From contig CAZCST010000003.1 in NCBI GenBank assembly GCA_964501365.1, positions 1,962 through 65,961 of the forward strand: DNA of 64,000 bases, given 5' to 3'. Below the pieces are notes generated by a model. It had not been told where the DNA came from and did no database searches. It saw only the letters and a program-made list of their open reading frames with translations. The number at the start of each line of letters is the position of its first letter. Position 1 is the stretch's first letter. This DNA comes from an uncultured Phycisphaera sp. (GTDB taxonomy: Bacteria; Planctomycetota; Phycisphaerae; UBA1845). Below are positions 52,484-61,287 of this stretch, piece by piece. A program made the translations under genes and the position numbers.

Positions 52484-52512
52484 TTGGGCGCTACGCGGCC
52501 AGGCGATAGAAT
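52484..52512 (+). promoter_or_regulatory. Candidate promoter for tRNA-Trp/secE-nusG
   Basis: TTGGGC (52484-89), 17 nt, TAGAAT (52507-12), about 15 nt upstream of the tRNA 5' end. A second candidate further upstream is TTGCCA (52394-99), 16 nt, TATACT (52416-21). Confidence 0.35.
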
Positions 52513-52527
52513 GGCCGGGCTTGCAGT

Positions 52528-52600
52528 AGGAGCGTAGCTCAATTGGTAGAGCACCGGTTTCCAAAACCGGCGGTTGCGGGTTCGAGTCCCTCCGCTCCTG
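52528..52600 (+). tRNA. trnW: tRNA-Trp (anticodon CCA)
   Basis: AGGAGCG-TA-GCTC-AATTGGTA-GAGC-A-CCGGT-TTCCAAA-ACCGG-CGGTTG-CGGGT-TCGAGTC-CCTCC?-CGCTCCT-G. Acceptor stem AGGAGCG/CGCTCCT; anticodon loop TTCCAAA; T-loop GGTTCGAGTCC. No encoded CCA. In the canonical position upstream of secE. Confidence 0.95.
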
Positions 52601-52627
52601 TGGTTTGAGGGACGCGATATGCAGGTT

Positions 52628-52691
52628 GTGCCACTGCTTCAAACAGTGGTTGTTGAACGGTTCTTGATTCACTGCTCAAGAGCAGTGGCAC
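52628..52691 (+). promoter_or_regulatory. Structured spacer/leader between tRNA-Trp and secE with mutually exclusive pairings
   Basis: GTGCCACTGCT (52628-38) can pair either with nearby CAGTGG (local 6-bp hairpin) or with AGCAGTGGCAC (52681-91; 11 bp). A second CACTGCT copy pairs with the same AGCAGTG. No U tract follows. Confidence 0.35.
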
Positions 52692-52703
52692 CTGGGCGGA
52701 ACT

Positions 52704-53225
52704 ATGAGTAACGGTAACACAGGAACGGCAACCTACGACGATGTGCAGGATTCGGTGGAGTCCGGTTCCGGACGGCAACAGCCTCCACGGCGAACGGCTC
52801 GCGGCGGTTCCGGCGGCGGATTTTTCACCCCCTACAAGCCCGAACAGGGCAAGGTCACACGTACGACTACGGTGGTGGCCGCAGGGGCGCTCATCGCGTG
52901 GGGAGCCTACTTCATCTACGACCGTTTGCAGGTCTATGAAGGCGACGATTGGTGGCGCATGCTGATCACGATCGGCATTCCGCTGGCATTCGCGATTGTG
53001 CTGGGTTCTTTTGCCTGGCGGTTTTCCTTCGCCCACTCGGGCACCGGCGACTTCATGATCGCCACCGAAGGCGAAATGAAGAAGGTGAGCTGGTCGAGCC
53101 GCCGCGAAATCATCGGCTCCACCAAAGTGGTCATTCTTTTCACCATCGCCATGGCGTTCTACTTGTTCATTATCGACTTTGGTTTCCAGCGATTCTTCCA
53201 GTGGATCGGGGTTCTAAAAAGGTAG
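52704..53225 (+). CDS. secE: Preprotein translocase subunit SecE (long, 3-TM form)
   Basis: C-terminal EMKKVSWSSRREIIGSTKVVILFTIAMAFYLFIIDFGF is the conserved SecE core. In the canonical position before nusG. The ~120-aa N-terminal extension has two extra TM helices. Confidence 0.85.
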   Translation: MSNGNTGTATYDDVQDSVESGSGRQQPPRRTARGGSGGGFFTPYKPEQGKVTRTTTVVAAGALIAWGAYFIYDRLQVYEGDDWWRMLITIGIPLAFAIVLGSFAWRFSFAHSGTGDFMIATEGEMKKVSWSSRREIIGSTKVVILFTIAMAFYLFIIDFGFQRFFQWIGVLKR

Positions 53226-53228
53226 GAA

Positions 53229-53879
53229 ATGTCCCACGAACAAGTGACAACCCCGGAAGCTCCCGTGGAAGGCGCCAGCCCGCCGGCTGCGACGATGGCC
53301 CTCCCGTCATCCACACTGGCCCAGCCGGGCATGAAGTGGTACGTGCTTCGCGTGGCCTCCAATAAGGAGGAATCGGTCCGCGACGCGCTGGTCCGCAAGG
53401 TGAAGATCGAGGGGCTGGAGCAGCGAATCGGCCGGATTCTGGTTCCCACGCTGAAAGAAAAGAAGATGAAGGCCGGCGTGCTCAAGATCGTCGAGCGCAA
53501 GCTGTATCCCGGCTACGTATTCGTGGAAATGGCAACCGAGCAGGACGGCTCGGTGAATGAAGGCGTCTGGTTCCTGATCAAGGAGACCAGCGGCGTCGGC
53601 GATTTCATCGGCTCCGACGGCAAGCCCACGAGCATGCCCGATCAGGACGTGACCGGAATGCTTGCGGCCTCAGAAAAGGCCGAGGAGCAGCCCGGGCTTT
53701 CCGGCCTCAACATTCACAAGGGCGATCAGGTCAAGATTACGGACGGCGCTTTCGAGAGCTTCGAGGGCGAAGTGGAGGCCGTCGACGAAAAACGCGGCAT
53801 GGTGTCGGTCATCGTGTCGATCTTCGGGCGGTCCACGCCGGTCGAGGTCGGCTACTGGCAGTTGGAAAAAGTTGAGTAA
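53229..53879 (+). CDS. nusG: Transcription termination/antitermination factor NusG
   Basis: WYVLRVASNKEESV, LYPGYVFVEM, KOW motif GDQVKITDGAFESFEGEV. The ATG is 3 nt after the secE stop, giving a ~34-aa N-terminal extension unless the start is ATG 53331. Confidence 0.93.
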   Translation: MSHEQVTTPEAPVEGASPPAATMALPSSTLAQPGMKWYVLRVASNKEESVRDALVRKVKIEGLEQRIGRILVPTLKEKKMKAGVLKIVERKLYPGYVFVEMATEQDGSVNEGVWFLIKETSGVGDFIGSDGKPTSMPDQDVTGMLAASEKAEEQPGLSGLNIHKGDQVKITDGAFESFEGEVEAVDEKRGMVSVIVSIFGRSTPVEVGYWQLEKVE

Positions 53880-53886
53880 ACGATAA

Positions 53887-53909
53887 AGTTCAAACTTCAA
53901 AGTTCCAAA
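53887..53909. repeat. Heptameric tandem repeat (AGTTCAA family) x3 in the nusG-rplK spacer
   Basis: agttcaa acttcaa agttcca. A partial inverted copy tttgaatttt lies about 30 nt downstream. Confidence 0.55.
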
Positions 53910-53964
53910 AAGGCGGATCCAATTCTTGGGCTTTGAATTTTAGCGTTTAAGTTTGGAGGTATTT

Positions 53965-54447
53965 GTGGGTAAGGCAGCAGCGCCGGCAAAAGGCGGCAAA
54001 CCAGGTGGTGGCGGTGGAGGCGGCAAGAAGGAAGTCACCACCCAGATCAAGCTTCAGGCCCCCGGCGGTCAGGCGACTCCGGCCCCGCCCATCGGCCCCG
54101 CGCTGGGTCAGCACGGCGTCAACATCGGACAGTTCGTTCAGCAGTTCAACGCCCAGACCGGCAACCTCAACGGCATGATCGTTTCCGTGGTCATTTCGGT
54201 CTATTCCGACCGTTCTTTCAGCTTCATCGTCAAGAGCCCGCCCGCCTCTGTCCTACTCAAGGATGCGGCCAAGGTCGCCAAGGGCAGCGGCGTGCCCAAC
54301 AAGGACAAGGTGGGCACGGTCACCAAGGCCCAGCTTCGCGCCATCGCGGAGAAAAAGCTCCCCGACCTCAATTCCAACTCCGTCCAGGCCGCCGAGCGAG
54401 TCGTCGCCGGCACCGCTCGGTCGATGGGTATTGATATCGTGGATTGA
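53965..54447 (+). CDS. rplK: 50S ribosomal protein L11 with Gly-rich N-terminal extension
   Basis: [35 protein letters not shown]. The GTG at 53965 is preceded by GGAGG. The extension is [23 protein letters not shown]. Confidence 0.93.
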   Translation: MGKAAAPAKGGKPGGGGGGGKKEVTTQIKLQAPGGQATPAPPIGPALGQHGVNIGQFVQQFNAQTGNLNGMIVSVVISVYSDRSFSFIVKSPPASVLLKDAAKVAKGSGVPNKDKVGTVTKAQLRAIAEKKLPDLNSNSVQAAERVVAGTARSMGIDIVD

Positions 54448-54597
54448 ACCTAACGGGTGTCCCGCCGTCCTTGACAACTGACGGCCCTTACCGTAAAAAG
54501 CCCCGTTTCGGCTGGCGGAGCCTCCTGAATTCACAGTATTGGTAATTTCGCATGACGGCGGTTCGCCGGGCCATGCGTGTCGGATAGGAACAAGGCC

Positions 54598-55326
54598 ATG
54601 GCGGATCGCAGCGTACAGTACAGAAAACAGCTTGAAACTCGGGGCGACAACAAGACGCTTGTCAGTGTCGATGACGCCGTTTCAAAGGTTAAGAAGATGG
54701 CCGCGATCAAGGGCGATCGCACCTACAAGAATGGTCGTCGCCGCAAGTCGAAGGACCAGACGGTGGACATCGTGCTGAATCTGGGCATTGATCCCAAGCA
54801 GGCCGACCAGATGCTTCGCGGCGCAATCTCCCTCCCCAAGGGGCTGGGCAAGTCGCGCTCGGTCATCGTCTTTTGCGATGCCAATACCGCAGAGGCCGCC
54901 AAGGCCGCCGGCGCAAAGGAGGCCGGCGCAGAGGAACTGGTGGCCAAGGTCGAAGGCGGCTGGTCTGATTTTGATGTAGCCATCGCACATCCTTCGATGA
55001 TGGGCAAGGTCGGAAAGCTTGGTCGCGTGCTGGGTCCGCAGGGCAAGATGCCAACGCCAAAGGCGGGCACCGTTACGCCGGACATCGTCAACGCGGTCAA
55101 GGAATTCGCCGCAGGCCGTATCGAGTTCCGCAATGACGACGGCGGGAATGTGCATCTTCCGGTGGGCAAGGCGAGCTTCGCCGAAGGTGATTTGAAGGCG
55201 AACATCGAGGCGGTGATCGAGCATTTCCGCAAGCTGAAGCCTGCAACCGCCAAGGGGCATTACTTCAAGAAAGTGTCCATTTCGGCGACGCGCTCGCCGT
55301 CCGTCCTGCTGGAAGTCAGCGCATAA
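54598..55326 (+). CDS. rplA: 50S ribosomal protein L1
   Basis: ..VDIVLNLGIDPKQADQMLRGAISLPKGLGK.., ..MGKVGKLGRVLGPQGKMPTPKAGTVT... ATG 54598 is preferred over track GTG 54577. Confidence 0.93.
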   Translation: MADRSVQYRKQLETRGDNKTLVSVDDAVSKVKKMAAIKGDRTYKNGRRRKSKDQTVDIVLNLGIDPKQADQMLRGAISLPKGLGKSRSVIVFCDANTAEAAKAAGAKEAGAEELVAKVEGGWSDFDVAIAHPSMMGKVGKLGRVLGPQGKMPTPKAGTVTPDIVNAVKEFAAGRIEFRNDDGGNVHLPVGKASFAEGDLKANIEAVIEHFRKLKPATAKGHYFKKVSISATRSPSVLLEVSA

Positions 55327-55395
55327 CGCGGTTTCCCAATGAATTCAATAGTGTGTCGGGCCGCTGGGCCTGCTGAGAAATAAGAGCGAGGATGT

Positions 55396-55908
55396 ATGAG
55401 CAAGCTGGTGAAATCGCTGGTTACGGACGAACTCAAGGCCAAGTATTCCGGCGTGAGTAGTGCGCTGGTGCTCGACGTAACCGGCATGGACGTGCATTCC
55501 CAGGAAAAGCTTCGCAAGACCCTGCGGACCAAGTCCGCACGGCTGCAGATCGTCAAGAACAGCCTGGCTCGCCGGGCGTTTGCGGGCGGTCCGCTTGAGC
55601 CGCTGGGCAAGTCGATGGAAGGCCCGTGTGCCGTGGTGGTGGCCAAGGAGTCCTTGGTTGATGTGGCCAAGATGCTCATCGACGCGGCCAAGGAGTTTCA
55701 GAAGCTCAAGTTCAAGAAGGCGATTTTCGACGGCGATCCCTCGTTGATGACGGTTGAAGAGCTGTCAAAGATGAAGGGCAAGCGAGAGCTGATCGGCGAA
55801 GTGTTGATGTTGGTTTCATCGCCGGGCCGTGCGATCGCTGGTTGCTTGCGAAGTCCGGGCGGCAAGATTGCGGGCTGCATCAAGTCCATGGCGGACAAGG
55901 CCGCTTGA
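55396..55908 (+). CDS. rplJ: 50S ribosomal protein L10
   Basis: Position between rplA and rplL. ..KAKYSGVSSALVLDVTGMDVHSQEKLRKTLR..ARLQIVKNSLARRA.. Confidence 0.9.
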   Translation: MSKLVKSLVTDELKAKYSGVSSALVLDVTGMDVHSQEKLRKTLRTKSARLQIVKNSLARRAFAGGPLEPLGKSMEGPCAVVVAKESLVDVAKMLIDAAKEFQKLKFKKAIFDGDPSLMTVEELSKMKGKRELIGEVLMLVSSPGRAIAGCLRSPGGKIAGCIKSMADKAA

Positions 55909-56123
55909 GTCTTGGTTTTTTCAGTGCCGCGACCGTGAAGGAGCGGCGTTGGAAACCAATGACGGCGAAATGTCGTTGGATGGGACAAGCTGAAGTTTGC
56001 GGCTTGAAATACAAAACTTTGATCGTTGCATGCTGAGTGGTCCGCATAGTCGGATGAAATGACCCGCAGTGGGTGGGTCGCCTGTCGGCGTGGCGAAGTT
56101 ACCTAAAAGGATGATGGTGTCTC

Positions 56124-56525
56124 ATGGCAGGAGCAGTAGCGGATTTTCCCGCAAAAATAACGGAACTCGCGGATAAGCTTGTCGGTCTCTCTATCAAGGA
56201 AGCCCAAAACCTCGTTGATTGCCTGAAGGCCGTTCACGGTATCGAGCCTGCTGGCGGCGGCGTCATGATGGCGGCCGGCCCCGGAGCGGCAGCTGCGGCT
56301 CCCGCCGAGGAAAAGACCTCCTTTGATGTCATTCTGGCGGCCGCCGGCGACAAGAAGATCCAGGTCATCAAGGTTGTCCGTGCGATCACCGGTCTGGGCC
56401 TCAAGGAAGCCAAGGACTTGGTGGAAGGCGCTCCCAAGCCCCTCAAGCAGGGTGTTTCCAAGGAAGACGCTGACAAGATCAAGAAGGAAATCGAGGAATC
56501 TGGCGGCGCCATTACGATTCAGTAA
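56124..56525 (+). CDS. rplL: 50S ribosomal protein L7/L12
   Basis: ..[66 protein letters not shown].. Confidence 0.95.
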   Translation: MAGAVADFPAKITELADKLVGLSIKEAQNLVDCLKAVHGIEPAGGGVMMAAGPGAAAAAPAEEKTSFDVILAAAGDKKIQVIKVVRAITGLGLKEAKDLVEGAPKPLKQGVSKEDADKIKKEIEESGGAITIQ

Positions 56526-56829
56526 CGCTGCGGATTGGCCTTTTCGAACGATGTGCCCGGCTGGAGCGTAGTATTGCAGCTGGTGGCAATGGGGCATGGC
56601 CGGCGGGTTGTGCCTGACGGAATCTTGAAATTTCACTTCGCGGCCTCGCGAGAACGACCGGATGAATGGGACGTCCGGTGTATCAGATGCGAGGCTCACC
56701 GAAATCAGGTCCCTCCGAAATGTGGTTGGTCTGGTGTGCCGCTCAGAAAAGGGGCGGCGCACCGGTCCGGCCTTTTCTGCGCTTTGGCGATCCAACATAG
56801 CGACGACTTAAAAACGAGGGTCACTTCGA

Positions 56830-59800
56830 ATGCAAGCAATGTTGCCGGTACGTGATTACGCGAAGGTGGGAGATGGAATTCCGGTTCCCGATCTCATCGG
56901 TATCCAGACGCGTTCCTATGCCCGCTTCCTTCAGGAGTACGTTCCCATCATGGAGCGTGATCCGCACGGTCTGGAGGCCCTGCTCCGCGAGATGTTCCCT
57001 ATGGAAAGCTACGACGGAAAGCTCTCCATGCAATACATCAGCTACGAGCTTGGGAAGGCCCGTTACACGCCCGACGAATGTCGCGAGCTGCGCCTGACCT
57101 ACGGCATGCCGCTTCGCATTCGCCTGCGTCTGGTCCGCAAGGACCACGACGAGATACAGGAAGACCTGGTGTACCTTGGCGACATGCCGATCATGATCGG
57201 CGGCGGGGAGTTCATCATTAACGGGGCCGAGCGCGTGATTGTGTCTCAGCTTCACCGTTCGCCGGGCGTGGACTTCATCAAGGACCAGGCCGAGGGCGAC
57301 CGCGCTTTGCACGCCTGCCGCATCATTCCCGAACGCGGAAGCTGGATCGAAATCGAAGTCACCAAGAAGGACATACTCGTCGTTCGCATCGACCAGTCGA
57401 GCAAACTGCCGGCGACGACCTTTCTGCGCGGCATGGACCAGAAGTATTCGACGGACGAGTCCATCATCGAAGAGTTCTACGCGACCAAGATGATCAAGAC
57501 TTCGGCGCTCAAGCCGGAGATGTACACCGTCTCGGCGATCCTCGATGAGGAAACCGACGAAGTTATCGTCCGGGCCGGTTCGCCGGTGGGCGACGCGGTG
57601 GAGAGAATCCAGGCCCTCGACATCAAGCAGATCAAGATCATCGCCAAGGTGGCCGACCCGCTCATTCTGAACACCCTAATTGAGGACCCCAGCCGCTCCC
57701 ATGAACAGGCCCTGGAAAGAATCTACGCCCGGCTTCGTCCGGGAAACCCTGCACAGCTGGATAAGGCCCGCAAGCTCTTCGCCGAAAAATTCCGCGACGA
57801 AAACCGTTATCGCCTGGGCAAGGTGGGCCGTTTCCGTCTCAACCGCAAGTTCGAACTCGACGACGACGGCGGCTCGATGACCCTCACCGTCGATGACATC
57901 GTCAACTGTCTCAAATATCTGCTCAAGCTGCGCACCGGCGAAGGCGCGGTCGCGGTGGACGACATCGATCACCTGGGCAACCGCCGGCTCCGCACCCTCG
58001 ACGAACTCTGCGCCGACGAAATGCGCAAGGGCTTCCTCAAGCTGCGCCGCACCGTGCAGGAGCGCATGAGCCTGAAAGACCCCGACCAGGTTGGCCGCGT
58101 GGCCGAGTTCATCAACAGCAAGTCGGTCAGCTCCGCGATCGAGTTGTTCTTTGGCCGCGGCGAACTCTCACAGGTCGTTGACCAGACCAATCCGCTCTCC
58201 CAGCTCACGCACGAGCGACGTCTTTCGGCCCTGGGTCCGGGCGGTTTGAATCGCAAGCGCGCGGGCTTCGAAGTGCGCGACGTGCACATCAGCCACTATG
58301 GCCGCATCTGCCCGATCGAAACGCCGGAAGGCACCAACATCGGTTTGATCGCCTCGTTGAGCCTGTACAGCGCGGTGGATGACTACGGCTTCCTGATCAC
58401 TCCGTATCGCAAGGTCGAAAAGGGCGGCAAGCTCGGCGATCACCGGTTCCTCCGCGCTGACGAGGAAATGCGCGAAATCCTGGGCCCGCCCGAAGCGGTG
58501 GAGCCCAAGGCCGGTCGCCTTGTGGACGGCCAGATCGTTGTGCGCGCCTACGGCGACCTTCGCCAGGTGGCCCGCGAGGCAGTGACCTACGTCGATATTT
58601 CGCCCAAGCAGACGATCGGCGTGTCGGCGGCGTTGATTCCGTTCCTGGAGCACGATGACGCCAACCGCGCCTTGATGGGATCGAACATGCAGCGGCAGGC
58701 GGTCCCGCTTCTGCGCGTCGAGCCGCCCGTAGTGGCGACGGGAATGGAAAAGCCGGTGGCCCTCAACAGCGGCATGGTGGTCCGCGCCCGCACCAGTGGA
58801 AAAGTAACGGCCGCCGACTCCCAGCGAATCATCATCGACGACACCGACGAATACATCCTGCGGAAGTTCCAGGGCCTCAACGAGCGCACCTGCATGAACC
58901 AAAAGCCGCTCGTCCTTCCCGGACAGAAGGTCAAAAAGGGCGATATCATCGCCGATGGTCCGGCCACGCTGAAGGGTGAACTCGCCCTCGGTCGCAATGT
59001 ACTCGTGGGCTTCATGACCTTCGACGGTCACAACTTCGAGGACGCGATCGTCATCAGCGAGCGTCTGGTTCGCGGCGATGTCTTCACCAGCATCCACATC
59101 GACGAATACGACATCGAAGTTCGTGAGACCAAGCTGGGTCGCGAAGAATTCACGGCTGACATCCCCAACGTTTCCGAAAAGGCGCTCGCCAACCTCGACG
59201 CCAACGGCGTTGTACGAATCGGCACGCGTGTTCAGGCTCGCGATATTCTCGTAGGCAAGGTCAGTCCGAAGTCCAAGAGCGAGCTGAGCCCGGAAGAGAA
59301 GCTTCTGCACGCCATCTTTGGTCGTGCGGGCGAAGACGTGAAGAACGACTCGCTCGAACTGCCCGCCGGCGAAGAGGGAACTGTCATCGGGGCCAAACGC
59401 TTCAGCCGCCGCCTCAACATGGGCGACGAAGACCGCAAGAAGCTGAGTGAGGAAATCCAGGCCTATGTGAACAGCCAAAATGCCCGCGTCATCGCCTGCT
59501 TCAAGCAGATGTGCGCGGAAATCGAAACGGTCATCGAAACGCCCATGATCGACCCCAACACCCGTCAGAAGGTCGGCCATAGCGACCTCGACGAAGTTAT
59601 CATGGAGCAGATCGACATCTTTTCCGAGCATGTTCGTTCGCGCGACCTCAAGTGGGTCAAACCGACGAACAAGCGAGACGAGGCGCTCACAATTACCGAT
59701 CGCTTCTGGCCCCGCATTCAGGAAATTCAGGAGGAGCGCGACCGCAAGGCCGCCCAGATGAAGCGCGGCGACGAACTTCCGTCCGGTGTGCTGGAAATGG

Positions 59801-60603
59801 TCAAGGTCTATGTGGCCACCAAGCGCCCGATTTCAGTCGGCGACAAGATGGCCGGCCGCCACGGCAACAAGGGCGTCATCGCCCGCATCGTCCCCGAAGA
59901 AAACATGCCGTTCCTTGACGATGGGACGCCGCTGGACATTCTGCTCAATCCGCTCGGCGTGCCTTCGCGTATGAACGTCGGCCAGATTCTCGAGACGCAC
60001 CTGGGCTGGGCCGCCAAAATGCTTGGATTCCAGGCCGTCACGCCCGTATTCGACGGCGCGTCCGAAGAGGAAATCCTCAAGGCCATCCGCGAGGCCAATG
60101 ACACAGCCGCGGCGCGTGCCAAGGACCCCGCCGCTATTGCCCGTGCCGCCAAGGACGATCTCCGCTTCTCGCAGCTTTTGCAGGGCGGAAAGGTAATGCT
60201 CCGCGACGGCCGCACCGGCGAATATCTCGATCAGCCTGTTACTGTCGGCTATCTCTATATGCTCAAGCTGCACCATCTCGTGGATGACAAGATTCACGCT
60301 CGTGCAACAGGCCCGTACAGCCTGATTACGCAGCAGCCGTTGGGTGGCAAGGCCCGCACCGGCGGACAGCGCTTCGGCGAGATGGAAGTCTGGGGTCTGG
60401 AAGCCTACGGTGCTTCCTACATCCTCCAGGAACTCCTCACCGTCAAGAGCGACGACGTGGAAGGCCGCACCAAGATTTACGAGGCCATGGTCAAGGGCAA
60501 GAACACACTCGAGGCCGGCACGCCGGTTTCGTTCGACGTGCTCTGCAACGAAATCCGCGGTCTGTGCCTCAATATCCATCTGGAGAAACGCAAGATCGGG
60601 TAG
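56830..60603 (+). CDS. rpoB: DNA-directed RNA polymerase subunit beta
   Basis: 1257 aa. ..[19 protein letters not shown].., ..SQLSQFMDQ-like region [27 protein letters not shown].., ..[13 protein letters not shown].., ..[11 protein letters not shown].. Confidence 0.98.
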   Translation: MQAMLPVRDYAKVGDGIPVPDLIGIQTRSYARFLQEYVPIMERDPHGLEALLREMFPMESYDGKLSMQYISYELGKARYTPDECRELRLTYGMPLRIRLRLVRKDHDEIQEDLVYLGDMPIMIGGGEFIINGAERVIVSQLHRSPGVDFIKDQAEGDRALHACRIIPERGSWIEIEVTKKDILVVRIDQSSKLPATTFLRGMDQKYSTDESIIEEFYATKMIKTSALKPEMYTVSAILDEETDEVIVRAGSPVGDAVERIQALDIKQIKIIAKVADPLILNTLIEDPSRSHEQALERIYARLRPGNPAQLDKARKLFAEKFRDENRYRLGKVGRFRLNRKFELDDDGGSMTLTVDDIVNCLKYLLKLRTGEGAVAVDDIDHLGNRRLRTLDELCADEMRKGFLKLRRTVQERMSLKDPDQVGRVAEFINSKSVSSAIELFFGRGELSQVVDQTNPLSQLTHERRLSALGPGGLNRKRAGFEVRDVHISHYGRICPIETPEGTNIGLIASLSLYSAVDDYGFLITPYRKVEKGGKLGDHRFLRADEEMREILGPPEAVEPKAGRLVDGQIVVRAYGDLRQVAREAVTYVDISPKQTIGVSAALIPFLEHDDANRALMGSNMQRQAVPLLRVEPPVVATGMEKPVALNSGMVVRARTSGKVTAADSQRIIIDDTDEYILRKFQGLNERTCMNQKPLVLPGQKVKKGDIIADGPATLKGELALGRNVLVGFMTFDGHNFEDAIVISERLVRGDVFTSIHIDEYDIEVRETKLGREEFTADIPNVSEKALANLDANGVVRIGTRVQARDILVGKVSPKSKSELSPEEKLLHAIFGRAGEDVKNDSLELPAGEEGTVIGAKRFSRRLNMGDEDRKKLSEEIQAYVNSQNARVIACFKQMCAEIETVIETPMIDPNTRQKVGHSDLDEVIMEQIDIFSEHVRSRDLKWVKPTNKRDEALTITDRFWPRIQEIQEERDRKAAQMKRGDELPSGVLEMVKVYVATKRPISVGDKMAGRHGNKGVIARIVPEENMPFLDDGTPLDILLNPLGVPSRMNVGQILETHLGWAAKMLGFQAVTPVFDGASEEEILKAIREANDTAAARAKDPAAIARAAKDDLRFSQLLQGGKVMLRDGRTGEYLDQPVTVGYLYMLKLHHLVDDKIHARATGPYSLITQQPLGGKARTGGQRFGEMEVWGLEAYGASYILQELLTVKSDDVEGRTKIYEAMVKGKNTLEAGTPVSFDVLCNEIRGLCLNIHLEKRKIG

Positions 60604-60707
60604 CGATGTCCGTTTGGTCTTGCGAGCCGCCAACTACAGTTCGCGCGGTTTCACGGACTTTGTTGGAGTGTTGGGCAGGAGAAGTGGTAGCGTAAAGGAG
60701 TTCGGCG

Positions 60708-61202
60708 ATGTTTCACGACGTGACATTCGAAGCGAAGGTGAAGCCCGACCCGGCGGAGCTGTCGGCCTTTTACGCCCGGCAACAGCACCAGGCTCAATCT
60801 CCGGAAAAGTTGAGACGCATGCTCGAAAACACATTCTGTGTGGTGACCGCTCGCAAGGATGGCGAGTTGATCGGCTTCGCCCGCGGCCTCACAGACGGCC
60901 TGTCGGGCCGCCTCGCCGAATGCAAGCTCGATCCTGCGTTTCAGGGACCAGCCTGCGTCACGCGGAAGCAGGGCCGCATTGAACACGATTCCTACGGGAT
61001 CGCCCGCGAAATGGCCTTTCGCGTGATCCAGTCGTTGCGGGATTACGGCGTCGAACGCATCGACGCAATTGCGTACGGCACGGAGGTTGATTTCTGCGAG
61101 GAGCTTGGCTTCCGCAAAACCCGTGGTGTCGAAGTCATGGAACTCGACACCCAACGATCGTTGGTACCCAGGGCCGCAGGTGCTGCGGTCGCGGCAGAAT
61201 AA
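60708..61202 (+). CDS. GNAT-like acetyltransferase-fold protein inserted between rpoB and rpoC
   Basis: AAGGAG SD 8 nt upstream. ..VVTARKDGELIGFARGLTDG.., ..GIAREMAFRVIQSLRDYGVERIDAIAY..FCEELGFRK.. fits the GNAT beta4-alpha3-beta5 and C-terminal GF region. The acetyl-CoA loop motif is degenerate. Confidence 0.6.
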   Translation: MFHDVTFEAKVKPDPAELSAFYARQQHQAQSPEKLRRMLENTFCVVTARKDGELIGFARGLTDGLSGRLAECKLDPAFQGPACVTRKQGRIEHDSYGIAREMAFRVIQSLRDYGVERIDAIAYGTEVDFCEELGFRKTRGVEVMELDTQRSLVPRAAGAAVAAE

Positions 61203-61287
61203 ATACATTCGTGCGGCTTGTCGCCGCGGAACGGTTGGGCCGGTTTCGGCTTAGCCACGCATCGAAATTGGAGAGGTGTGTAAGACG

